64,000 bases of DNA. Origin: Selaginella moellendorffii. Lineage: Eukaryota > Plantae > Lycopodiophyta. The notes below the pieces were generated by a model. That model saw nothing but the letters and a program-made list of their open reading frames with translations, made no database searches and had not been told where the DNA came from. Position numbers and translations under genes: made by a program. Location: the NCBI RefSeq assembly GCF_000143415.4, contig NW_003314426.1, positions 62,001 to 126,000 on the forward strand, read 5' to 3'. Shown here one piece after another: positions 23,815 to 36,399 of the stretch (the stretch's first letter is position 1; each line of letters opens with the position of its first letter).

Positions 23815-24470
23815 CGGGAGATGCAACAGCGTGGTGTCCACGGCTGGCTTCTTGTAGGGTCCATGCATCTCACCTCAAGTGGGCAGAGATCGAGTGGAAG
23901 CTGGAGAGCTATCCCAATTCTCGGGAGATGCGATGAAGAAAATGGCGGGATTGTTGATTTTTGTAGAGAGAATATTCGCACCTTTGACCTGTTGACCTTT
24001 TTACAGGGAAACGTTTTCCTACAGGCCTTTCTGAATTGAATCCAAGGAACCTGGAAGTCAAAACAAGAGAGTAGCTTCAGAACACTCAAAAGCTCACCCC
24101 TGCAAGTTCTGTTGTGGTACAGGGTGAATGAGTTTCTTTTTGCCCCCTCAAAGCCCCTTTTTTGACGAGTCTGCAAAATTATAGAAAGGATGAGTCAAAT
24201 GGAGAGAGAGAGAAATATATATATATATATATGAATTGATCCAGGTTTCTTGTTTTTTTCATACCTTGAGGAACCAATCATTAAATTCCACTGATTTCTT
24301 TGCATACTTGAATGCAAAGAATAACAAATAATGAAGCTAAGTGCTTGGTTAGATTGAGGCAAGTTTTCAAATAGCTAGAACAATCTTTAGCTCTTTTAAG
24401 TTGTTTAGTGTTTAACTATCATGACATCAATCTTAAAACACGTCCAGAAGTTGGATTTTGTGCCCTCTAG
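23815..24470 (-). repeat. Long diverged inverted repeat of ~15905-16330 + 18245-18432 (uninterrupted core at 57790-58372)
   Basis: For example ATACCTTGAGGAACCAAT (24261) is the reverse complement of ATTGGTTCCTCAAGGTAT (16274). The MQQRGVHGWLLVGSMHL peptide reads on opposite strands in the two arms. Confidence 0.8.
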
Positions 24471-25319
24471 ATTAATGATGTTAATTTTAGACTCTTTGTC
24501 AGTGTTAATCCTTGTAATTTATAGGATAATATAGTGTTGCTCAGTTTTATATTGTTTTTCAAATTTTACTTGATACTCTTCCAGTTCTAGATATGAGGCA
24601 AAATAAAGAACTTCATAGTTTTTTATATGAAAACTTTAAAGTTGCTAGATTAGAGAATATTCTAGAATATACTTAGATATTTAGGTATATTCTTTATACC
24701 TATAAAGCGAAATGTAAAGAAAATCCAAATTAAGAACACTAAAGTATTCACAAATGAAAATCACGATTTAAACATTGTACATTAAAACCGTTTTGATCAG
24801 CTACAAACTAATCGCTCAAGTGACCAGCTTCATTTCAATACCAGAATGTGGATATTCAGTACCGTGGTTCCTCTGCTGCAAACGAAAACACGTAAAAATA
24901 CTTGTAGGGCAGGGACAATAACATCGTCCTATTCATCTTCATTGTTTTTGGTTTAGTGTTGACCACCAAACCTAAGTTGGATATAAACAGCTTTTTGCTT
25001 TTCCTTGGACTTTCCGAGAATGTGGATCACTATTGGATTTGTATGGCTGGGTCGCATCCCAGTATGCAAATGATCTTGTGCGCCTCATGACACCCAATGC
25101 GTGATACATGACTGTCAAGGCGTTTGTGGAGAGTTACTTTGGCTACGACATGACTTTTGGGTGTTGTCGCGGGTGTCTTGGTCGGCTTCCCGATCTTCTT
25201 TGCCTTCATGTTTGCCTAATGTATCAAGTACCAGGAGGTAGCTCATTTTTTCCAATCTCTTTCAGGCTCGGTCAAGCAAAAGTTGTGAGCTCATTACTAG
25301 GATGATACACTTTTGAAGC

Positions 25320-25829
25320 AGAAGAGCTTGAAAACTTGGTGTTCTTTTGGCTTGTTTTACCATTTTGTTTCACACAAGACATGCAGGAAATCCTGAGCTC
25401 GAAAGTCACTTCCATAAACTATTGGGGGGAAAATTATAACATATATTACAAAATACAATAATCAGTTAAACACAACCCATTCATCATCAAATGGATCTGG
25501 GACGTACAATTTGCCTTGCTTCTCCACATTGTCCAATATTCCAGCGATGGGTAACTTTGGTAAAATCCACACACTTTGGCAGGGCAAGAAGGAAAGGGGC
25601 TACATCTGCCAAGAAGTCCCGCTTGAAATCCCGAAACCCTACATGGTCAAGATTCTTGACTTTCATCCCGTCCTTTAGGACAACACAATTGCCACCATGT
25701 AGCCTCCTCTACACAAGCCTCCGAGTAGGATCCAGATGGTCAACCACAAGGTTGACATACTTCTCCTGGGCGGCACTAAACACCACGATATCGTACACAT
25801 TTGAAACCTTCCCCAGAAATTCATCTACA
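25320..25829 (-). pseudogene. Third, truncated and internally deleted CTD-phosphatase-like copy, with its 3' flank
   Basis: Similar to 21010-21625, with an internal deletion and no N-terminus. Confidence 0.8.
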
Positions 25830-26299
25830 CCTAATCTCTAAAGTAAAGTTGGCCAAGTTATTTATCAAATGGAGTCGTGCTTGTGGCCTTCTTTGGCAGC
25901 CAGTCCTCTCCAAGTTTTGTAAGCTTAGTGGTGATGAAGTCCTTGAATGGAAATTGCTTAAGATCATCCCCTATAAAAGGTGCTAGACACATCTTCCCTT
26001 CATATACAGTTAACGAAATGTAGACGGTCCTCCTCATCACAGTCTCTATTATATTATCCAAACCTTTTTCTCCTTCCCTAAGTTTGCTATTAAGGTCGCT
26101 GAGAATGTGTATCTATTCTTCATATGTAAGCTTTGACTTTGAGATGTTGTAAATAATCTCATCTGGAGTCTTGCCCACTAAGAAATAACTTTTGTGAGTA
26201 ACCTTCATGTAAACGCAAACAATACTTACTTTCATGACAAAAAATCTTTATTATAATATCAAACCACTCCTTTGGGCGTCGAGGGTTAGCCACACTAAG

Positions 26300-27830
26300 T
26301 AATTTTTTTACCTTTGTCTTCTTTGTGTTGTTGATTTTCTTGTCAATTGTAGCTAATGCTCCAATAGTTCTTGATCATTTTCAGCTCGATGCAATTGTGC
26401 ATATGCATCTTGCTTAACCTTCACCAATGGCTGAAGATAACACAAACATTCTATGATAAGAAGTATACTTGGAAGAACATACCTTACTCCATACAGCTGT
26501 TATAAAAGCCATTGGATTCTTGTACCATCTATTGGCATCTTGACGACCTCAATGATGCCGAATAAATGATGCTAAATCATCACCATAGTGGCTGCAGACT
26601 GCATCCTCGTCGAGATTGGCAAGAAACCGGATTTTCTCAATATCATGTACTAAGCTTCGTTTTTGCACTGCAAACTATCCCAACTTGCAAAACACAAATT
26701 GTTAAAAGTGATTGAAGAGGGTGTGGTACCTATGCATTAATTTTGTGGCAAGCTATCACAAGCCTTGCCACATCTAGAGATCCTCTCGTATGTACATGTC
26801 CAACCGGAACATTGATGTGATAGAAAGGATCGTCTCGGAAGCATTCATTGATGCACTTTATCCACGCACACCAGCAATGATTCCCGTCGATAATGTAGAA
26901 CATTTTCCCCACAAATTGTTGAGTCTCAAGATGGCTCATAAGCATGTTATCAAATTTGCGGGACTTCATTTTCCAAATGTCATCCCAAACCCTCTCGATT
27001 TCTAGTGACATCGAGAGGGTATTTGTCGTTCCTGGCTTGAAGACCAAAACAAGGAACATACCTATGTTTGTCCCAAAGCCATTATGTTTGTACAGACTAT
27101 AGATGTTCATGTTGATGAAGTGTGGTGAAGCAGACCGAATGATGCTTGTCTGAGTGAATCGACATAGTAGGATTTCTCGGATTATGTCTCCCGGGCCTTC
27201 CGACTTGAGAAACTCTAGAGTCGTGTAAATGGCCTTTTCTTTGGTTCTCAAAACTGTCTTTTGGAAGCGCTTGTCTACAATGTGTTCAAGTAACTCCACT
27301 TCTCTTTCAGCTTCAACTACACCTCCAATAGCACCATTATCAGATCTAGCCCCCAGCTTGGGCCTAACACCCCCGTCAGGCGCACTTGGGCACTACTTTG
27401 TAATGTAGTTAGTTTCTGCCATATTTTGTAAATATGTTAAGAGTAGTGGCATTTGTGGTTGTGGCTGCAATGGTAGTGACGACAATCGCGCTGCTGGTGG
27501 TGATGATGGTGGCGGTGGTGGTGGTAATAATGGCGATGATGGTGGTGGTGGTAATGGTGGTGATGACGGTGGTGGTAATGGTGGTGATGAAGGTAGAGGT
27601 GGCAATGGTGGTGGCAGTGGTAATGGTGGTGGTGGCATCGATGGTGGTGGTGGCAAAAATGGGGGTGCATGTGGACTAAAGCTATCTGGTTGGGAAGACG
27701 GCAGAGTTGTCACTGTGAAAATCTCTATTTGAAGGTCAACTTGATTGTCGTTCTGGATCTCATCTTCCTCATGTCTTCTCTTTGATCCAACATCCTTTTC
27801 CTTTTGTATTTGCTTCCGTTTCTGAAAATA
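26300..27830 (-). pseudogene. ParB/Srx-like domain gene with Pro-rich N-terminal region, degenerate
   Basis: ORF 26730-27299 contains FYIIDGNHCWCAW followed by a ...ACHKINA helix; poly-Pro tract at ~27460-27670. Confidence 0.5.
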
Positions 27831-27869
27831 AAAAAAACTCAATATAAATTAAAAATGCATAAGAAGCGA

Positions 27870-28400
27870 GGACTTTGGGGCGTGGACTTGGCGTAGGAGC
27901 CAGTTCGCTGGCGAACTAGCCCTCCTCCCAATGCCAAGTCCAAGTGCCCTAGCTGGGCATTTGGTGCGGGCCGGTTCGCCGGCAAACCAGCCCTCCCCCC
28001 AGCACCAAGTCCAAGTGCCTAGGCCAGGCACTTGACGCGGGCTGGCCAAGGTGCTTGGGGGAGGGCCGGTTCGCCAGTGAACTGGCCCGCCCCCAAGTGC
28101 CTTGGCTGGCCTGCCCCCAAGTGCCTTTGCCGGCCCCGTGCAGAGTGCCTGGCCCGGGCACTTGGCACAGGCACTTGGCATGGACGCCGGTTCACTGGTG
28201 TACCGATGGCCTGCCCAGGCGGAGTGCCCGGCCAAATGCCCGGCCTGGGCACTTGGCAGTAGTGGTGCTGGGCAGCGGTGGCCCTGGGCAGTGGCGGCCC
28301 TGGGCAGTGGCAGCGCTGGGCGTGGCATGGCGTGGGCGCCGCAGCACTGCGCGTGGCGGTGATGGGGAGCGGCGGCCCTAGGTAGTGGTGGCATTGAACG
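27870..28400. repeat. GC-rich island of short direct and inverted repeats (CCAAGTGCC / GGCACTTGG; GGCAGTGG)
   Basis: About 10 copies of the CAAGTGCC/GGCACTTG core on both strands. Confidence 0.75.
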
Positions 28401-29439
28401 TGGCGTGGGAGTGGAGGAGTAAAAAACTTACTCTTGGCGGCATTTTGTTTGTCGCTAATGGATCCCACAGTCACTCCCAATCTCCCACTCTCATTACATT
28501 CTGCAAATATTTGCTAGCAATGTACAATTTCTATTCTATCCTAGATTTGATCACGTGACAAAGTCCTTTTGAGTTGTAATTTAATAATGGAGGTGTGCTT
28601 TAATATGACTATGCCATAATGTGGAAATAATGTCACAAACGCATGTGTTGAATTGATGATAGTACAAAATTATAAATGAGAATTATGTGTTTCTTGCAAG
28701 TAATAGCATCTTGTCAGAAAATATAAGATTATTAAATTGTAAGGTGTTATTTCCAAAGCAATGTATATAGATAATTTACTATAGGTGATAGATGGTATTA
28801 CAAAGATGGATTATATTTAAATGAGTTCAGAAGAATGTGAAGATTTCTGGCTTTAATGAAGTACTGAAAATATGTACAATATTTAATTTGTTTGGCAACA
28901 GTTAGTTGATGGTAGATCCTAGAATAAAATCATTCATATCTTTCATATTATGGCATATGCTTGAGGTGATATTTCTTTCCGTTCTACCAAAAGTTAGTCC
29001 ATATAATAAATTTGAGCATGTTTTTGAATTCAATGTATACAGACTTTTAATATTGTATAACATTATTCGATGTTAGATCCTAGAATAAAATCGCCCTTTC
29101 TTTTCACATAATGGCATAGCACATGTTTGAGGTGACATTTCTTTATAAAAGTTTAAAGTTCCAAAACCTAAAGGCAACAAAATGGAGAGTTTCCTTTTGC
29201 ATTACCAAGATCACCCATTGCTTTTTTTCTCTCAAAGTCTTATTTTAGAAAGTTTTCGTTGCCGATGTTTTGATCTTTCTCTCAGTTCTATTTCATTGGA
29301 GGCTGTGATTTGCAACAACATTGGTGTAGTTGAACAATCGGAGTTTCTTCTTTTAGGTGTAGGTGAAGGTGGACAACATTGGGATTTGCAACATTCCAAG
29401 TCAAAGGAGATTCGAGTTTTTGGATCTCCAATCAAAGTG

Positions 29440-31946
29440 CGAGGCTGCAATCCTGCCAAAGTGAATGTGAAGCAAGATTCGGTCATCATCATTTCTTCCT
29501 ATTCTAGTTCTAATGGAGATTTTAGTCTAGTGCGAGCTAAGAATTTCCAAACTCAAACTTCACCGATATTCAAAGTTGTTTGCAATGCTTTCCAGTTTTC
29601 GCACCTCTCTATCGACGTGTGTTCCTTTCTGGATAAGCCCGTTAGCGAGCTCCCATCTACATACAATGGCAATATCTTCTTTGAACTACCACCTTTTGTT
29701 AGCTCAAAACAAAAGAGGATGGAGACGAAGTAAGACTTTCACAACTGGTGCAAGATTAAGACCACACATTTCTAGCGTTTCAAAGGCACAGTGTCCATGG
29801 TTCATTGTGGTGGGTATTTGGATTGTGTGAATAAAGCATGCAATTGAGAGCATGGTAAAAAACTCCATATTTCTTTAAGGATCTACAACTAATCCTCCAA
29901 TCTGTGACACCATTGGTGGTGGATTCAAGTGTCAGTTTTGCAAGAATGCTCCATTGTGTTGTGCCATCTACGGGGCCAAGATGTACTATTTTCTTCCATG
30001 GGATGGAGAGGCTGGTAGAGTTGCAGTATATATTGGCATGCACACACATCCAATGCAGGAAGGGATACAAGGGAGTTCAGTCAACCGTTTCAAAGATGCA
30101 ATGCAAATAGAAACTGTAAGAAACTCATCTGCAACTCTAAAGCATGTTCAAAAGACAGTGCTCAAGGATTTTATCACAAGCACTTGATCCAGACTGCAAG
30201 AATACTCAACTGGATGAGACTAGCTTACGGGAGTTACTACGACATGTGCAACTTGCAACTAGCCTCAGGAGGTATGAAAATATTATTATATACTTTTCAA
30301 TAATATCTCTCTTACATTTTGTTTTATTTAGGATAAAATCTTGGATGTGTGAATCTCAAGAGGGGAAACTCCAATAAAAAATCAACTCAATCCTTGAACT
30401 AAAATGGATTTATCCCTACGAGTTTATCCACCTTATCAAGCCAGATTTCCAATTAACATTTAAGGAGTTGTGCAAACAATGGCAGGCTGCACCTTCTGAA
30501 GAAGAGCACGGGGCAAAAAAAAACAAGATTTGAATGTGGTGGCATAAAAATAGCCATACTGATGTAAGTTGTCTACCACAACTTGAGTCATGGTTGGGGT
30601 GGTGGGAAGTTAGAATGTTCCAATGGGGACATCACTCTTTTTAGATTGGTTTTTCTTTTTTTCCTCTCTTTTTGTTGCTTTTTAATATCATCTTCTTATA
30701 AAGATCAACTACTTAAGGATCTTGCATACACCCCAACTTTGAATCTCTCAGAGAGTAAATATTGGAGCTGGCATTCCTCTGAGGCAGGGAAAGGGAAAAT
30801 GAGTCTATATGAAGCATGTCTATTAAATTTGATACACGCTGTAGAGTAGTCTTCAAAAGCCTTGGCATTTGAGGAAGGAAGATACATGGGAACAAGACTT
30901 TCGGTTGAGATGTTACAAGAAGAAAGTGACTCCACCAGCACAAACAGTGGCAACTGTAGTGGAGGAAGTGGTCTGTGGAACATCTATGGAGTACACTCCC
31001 CAGGCTTCTATTGGTGATATGAAGATTGTCGCTCAAAGCGTCGCTTTTCCTTTGCTGGTGAAGATGTTAGCACAGATTTTGGAGCAAAAAGCTCTCACAA
31101 GCTTGATGTTGAGTATCATTTTGCTCCAAGACATCACCCCCGAACCGAGCCACCTCAAGTGGCTGATGAAGAAAGTGCATCACAACAAGTTGAAATTGCT
31201 TATCATAGCGTAGAGCCGAAGCAATAGACAATCCATCGAGTGCCAACAAAATCAATTGTAAGGTGTGTGGGGATGCTTCCGAGGGGCAAGTGTTGGGCTT
31301 GGATCCGTGGTGACAAGTCTGCTTCTATTCTAGCCCCATATTTCCATGGGGAACGAAAGCAAGTAGAATTTTCAAGATGGTGTTGGTTATATTGCTACAA
31401 CATTGATGTCAACCATACAAAGTGGCTTGAAGACATTATAGAAACTAAACCTAATGCAGTACCTAAAGAATGGCCGGTTGCTAATGGGGTTGCGCTCACC
31501 TCAGATGAGATTGAAAACCTTGAGAAATCTGGTTTTAATCTTGAAAGGTAAGGCAGTTAAATTTATTGGTACCATCTCCAAGTAGAAGCAAGGTAAAATA
31601 AACTTGGCTCAAACACTTGAGTATGAGATTCTCTCCATGAAGTACATCATTGCGTTTGCAAAGGAGTACATAGTCAAAACAGAAGGTGGAGAGTACACAA
31701 TTGCCATTCAAGGAGTACATAGTCAAAACAGAAGGTGGAGAGTACACAATTGCCATTCAAAACTTTCCTTCTTGCACATGTCTAAACTTTACGAAATGCG
31801 AGGAATATGGGAAGGCATATGCTTCTTGCAAGCATATGTACTACATCTTTATCAACATCTTGCACCAGGATCCTAAAGTGGATATTCATATACACCAAAC
31901 AAGTCTTACTATTGCCGAGTTGCAGAAAACTTTTGGAGCTAATTAG
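29440..31946 (+). pseudogene. MULE-like transposase-related gene: GCM-like region and C-terminal SWIM zinc finger
   Basis: C.AKMYYFLP...RVAVYIGMHTHP; PTLNLSES; FPSCTCLNF..C......CKHMYYIF. Many frameshifts and stops. Confidence 0.6.
31661..31758 (+). repeat. Perfect 49-bp tandem duplication that frameshifts the SWIM region
   Basis: AAGGAGTACATAGTCAAAACAGAAGGTGGAGAGTACACAATTGCCATTC x2. Confidence 0.9.
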
Positions 31947-34285
31947 ATTTTCCAACACTATCGATGTTTATTCTCCATCAATAATATAAATTAATTATAC
32001 CTTATATAATTAATAAAAATATTTTATTATTTCACTTTTCATTTCATATACTTGCGAGGGTTCTTTTCGCAATACTACCCATAGTATTCGTGAGTCTCCA
32101 TTTTTTTCTTTATCATCTCAAAAAATATTTCATAGTAGTCTTTTGGGTGCGTGATGTTGCAATGTATTGTGAGAGCATATGTACTATCATAGTTGTTTAT
32201 TTTTTCCTTTCAAATGGTTATATGTCCTTATATATAATCTTAATTCAAATTTAATAATTTTAAAATTCTAATGAACCTGACATTTACTAGCTAGAAAGCA
32301 TAGAGTACAAATTTAAAGAAGTGACAAGAATACTCTTTTTGTAAACATTTTATTTTATGTTCTAACAAACGTCTCTATCATTGCATGTAGTAAATATTTA
32401 AATTATTAAAACAAGAAGTGTCCTTTAGAACATTTTTATCTATATAATATATAAATAGTTATGAAATTATTAAGTTCACCATAACTTTAAAATTTTAAAG
32501 GTTATAATGTTTGTACTAAATTACAATTGAAAATTGAGCTCAACTCGTGAGCTCAACTGTTCAACTCGTGAGCTCAAGTATGGTCTGCACTCTGGATCGG
32601 GAAGTTATTAATTATTTTTGTTTTATTTCTAATCTAGATGTAATATAAAATAAATAAGGAAGTATACAGTAACTTAAAAATGAATTTTGCTTACAGCATT
32701 ATTTATTATATAGCTAGCAATATAATAATAATAATAAATAAATTTGCTCTAAATTATAAATAAATTATAAGAAAATATGTCTTTGATATATTATTTTTCA
32801 ATTATAGCTAATCACTTGGATCCCTTGGAAATGATGAACTTGAAAAGATTACACAATGGCTAGTGCAAAATTTGTTTTATAATCTTGTTGTAGAGTAACT
32901 AATAGAGCAACAATAGTATGCATAGCATTTTTAGTTTACTTTAGAAAATATAGTGTAAAGCATATACCTAAAATATTTAATATATAATAAAATATTCCTC
33001 ATTCTAAGGGTTATAATTTCTTGCTGTTAAACTTTTCTATAATTCATTTTTATCAAGATTTAATTCTAATATTCTTGGGGGATGGGGAGGCGGGGCAGCT
33101 TCCTATTAGGTGTGTCTATCTTTATTTTACATTTGGCTTAGGTCTAAGCTTAAGATCCATACCATGTTAGCTAGTGGAGTATTTATATCCTTGCGCTAGA
33201 CCATTAATATGTTGAAATAATGCTTTAGCTTTGTTTTACATGTTTGTTTTAATGTTGGGATGCTAAAAGTTTTAGGACTATTTTAATGTTGTTTTGTGCT
33301 CTTGTTTCATCGCTCCTTAGTTGCATATTCAAGAGTTGTTCTATACTTTTATTTTTTTGTTCATTAGGCATATGCTTAGGAGTTTGATTCTATCATTTTG
33401 TTTAGTGGCCTAAGGCCCTAAAACTTAGGTGTTGCCCTTAGCACACATATCTCAAAAGTTAGGTCTGTTCCATTGCTATCCTATAGTAATTAAAAGGTGA
33501 AAATCATATATGCTATAGATATAAAGATGATTTTGTCTTAAGTATATGCTAGAAGATAAAGAAGATTTTATCTTGAAGCATATGCTAAAAGATAACCATG
33601 CAAAGTAGAAGAGGATCCATATCAAAAGGTGGTAATATACCCATACAAACAATAATTTGATAGATATAAAGGAATTCAAAGTGCTCAACCATATGTTGTG
33701 TGGCATCAGAATTAATAATAAGAGTAAAAAACAACTAATAGTTAATAAAGCACCAGTAACATGAGTATGATTGTGTTGAAAATCCATAGTTAAAAATAAA
33801 ATAGGAGAAGATGAGTCATCAATAGTAGCATATGTCTATTGTTGTTATCCATTAGAACTAGTAGCAATATAAGCTTCAGGGACTTGCCATGGATGAGGAA
33901 TAACATGAGAAATTGAATAAGTATTATTTAGATGTTGACAAAAAAATTAGGAAATACGGCCAAAACGATTCTAAATATATAGTAGGGATAGTGGGTAAGT
34001 TGGGCGTGGTTGACCAACCTGAAACATTATCTAACTTCTTATTAGGTATGTTCATTTTTGTTTTACGTTTGGCTTAAGTTTAAGCCCAAACTTTGTACTA
34101 TATTAGCTGGTGGAATATTTTTATGTTAGGCCACTATTATGCTAAAATAGTCTTTTAGCTCCATTTTATATGATAGTCTTGATATTGGAATGCTAAAAGC
34201 TCTATTCCTTATTCCTTATTTGTTCTTATTCCTTTGTTCATTAGCTTTATATATACTCAAGAGTTTTATTCATCATTTTATTTAT

Positions 34286-34385
34286 NNNNNNNNNNNNNNN
34301 NNNNNNNNNNNNNNNNNNNNNNNNNNNNNNNNNNNNNNNNNNNNNNNNNNNNNNNNNNNNNNNNNNNNNNNNNNNNNNNNNNNNN
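34286..34385. other. Assembly gap (100 N)
   Basis: N run. Confidence 1.
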
Positions 34386-34411
34386 AACTTAGGTGCCACT
34401 CTATTGCCATT

Positions 34412-34413
<2 letters not shown>

Positions 34414-34487
<74 letters not shown>
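34414..34487 (+). repeat. (CA)n(TA)n compound microsatellite
   Basis: Read directly from the sequence. Confidence 0.95.
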
Positions 34488-34489
<2 letters not shown>

Positions 34490-36399
34490 CTTTTAAATTT
34501 GGATTTTTCATGATGTCATTAAGCCCAATATTATTCAATCTTAGTCATTTAAACTTAAGGACACTTAACCCTAAATATTTTGAAACCTTTAATTGATTGA
34601 AAAAAAGGTTTACACTTTTATTCATCCCTTTATATTTGAACTCTATAGATCATCTCTCAAGTCATTCCCTTTAGTTATTTACAATTCATTACGTTTCTTT
34701 ATAAGTTCTTTATAGATGCAACTTTCTTGACACTGTACAAGTCAAGCCTAATTGGAATAAATTAGACTTGTTAAATGTTAATCTCAACATATGGTATAAT
34801 TCCTCTAGCCAACTGAAAGTCAAACCCAAGATCCCTCTAATACTAAATGTAAGCTCATAAATTTAAACTTTTTGGGAGGTCATCCAACTTAGGTTATTCA
34901 AACCCAAGAACATTTAACCCCAAGTATTCCAAGACCTCTAACTGATTAAAAGAAAAGTTACACTTTTATTTATGGGCCCTTTCCCCTTATATTTGAATAT
35001 CATATATCATTTCTTGAGTCATTCCTATTAGTTGTTTACAATATGTTTCAAGAGATATGGTCATTTTATAATAATTAACTATATAAGGTGAAAATCATAT
35101 GTATTACATATATAAAGATGATTTTGTTGTGAAATATATATATAAAAAGATGATCATGCAAAGTAAAAGAGTATCCATAACAATCAAAAGTTGGTAATAT
35201 ACTCATATTTACAATACAAGCAATAGACAAAATATTAGTGTGAAGGGATGGAATTATAAACTTTTAAATTTAAATTTCTTGGGAAGTCATCAAACCTATT
35301 ACTACTCAACTAAAAGATATGTATTAAGTATTCCAAAACCCTTAATTGATTGGAAAATAAAATATACTTTTATTCATAAGCCTTTTCCCTTTGTATTTAA
35401 ATCTTTACATATCATTTCTCAAATTATTCTTTTTGGTTGATTACAGAAATATAAAAAACTCTCTTGAGAAAAAGAGAGTTTTAAATTTGTATCCTAAATA
35501 ACTTGGATAATCATAAAGGAATTCAAAGTACTCAACCATATATTATGTGGCATCAGAGTCAACGTTAAGAGTAAAAGAAGAACTAATAGTCAATAAAACA
35601 CCAGTAATATAAGCATGATAAGAATCCTTAGTTAAAGACAAAATAGGAGAAGATGATTCATCGATAGTAGTATATACTTGTTGCTGTTATCCACTAGAAC
35701 TAGTAGCAATATAAGCTTAAGGGAGTTGCCATGGATGAAGAATAACATGAGAAATTGAACAAGTATTATTTAGGTATTGATAACAAAATTAAAAAATATG
35801 GTTAGAACGATGATAAAACCTAGAAGATTGATGATAAAGGCATGCTTATCAACCATAATTATAACAACTATTGCCCAAACCACCATAAGAATGAAATGAA
35901 TTTTTTAAAAAAGAGAACCACTTATTTGAAACATGAGCATTAATAGATGGTGACTGAGAGTAAAGTGTCGGGGGAAGCATATTGAACAACAATTCTAATC
36001 ACAAATTGCAGTAAGAGCAATCTTAAAATTATAATGATCATTCATCATAAGATTAGTAACCACAATAGAATACTTTAAAGGAAGAGTGTTCAAAAACCAA
36101 AGAAAGCAATCCTCAAGGGTAAGAGTCATATCTCAACTGTAAGTCTAGTTGTATCATATAGCCTTTGTGATATTGCTTGGATCTATAATTCTTAGGTGAA
36201 AACTTGATGAAGTTCTTTGGTGTAGTTTGGATTGCAATTGCGACTAATTGCGCTAGTCTGCTGTTGTAGTTGCAAAATGACAAAGGGCTTTTGATGTCAT
36301 TGATTTTGTGTTGGTACAGTAATTCTCGCCCTAGAACAAGCTACCAAACACAGGAATCAATTAAAAACTAACTTGAGATCTTCAATGCTCAAGAAGGCT

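Larger units (their letters stand above)
25830..32580. mobile_element. Decayed MULE-like element (GCM-like and SWIM-finger gene on +, ParB-like ORF on -); boundaries approximate
   Basis: Begins where the third NIF copy breaks off, and host-repeat similarity resumes near 32600. Termini were not resolved. Confidence 0.45.

Noticed and set aside
27434-27679. His-rich and Val/Met-rich ORFs
   Set aside because: Alternative frames of a CCA/CCR poly-Pro tract.
27849-28480. Several 70-180-aa ORFs in the GC island
   Set aside because: GC-rich repeat sequence open in multiple frames, with no domain signal.
32535-32580. Helitron 3' hairpin (GAGCTC repeats)
   Set aside because: No CTRR terminus at the expected distance and no Rep/helicase sequence.
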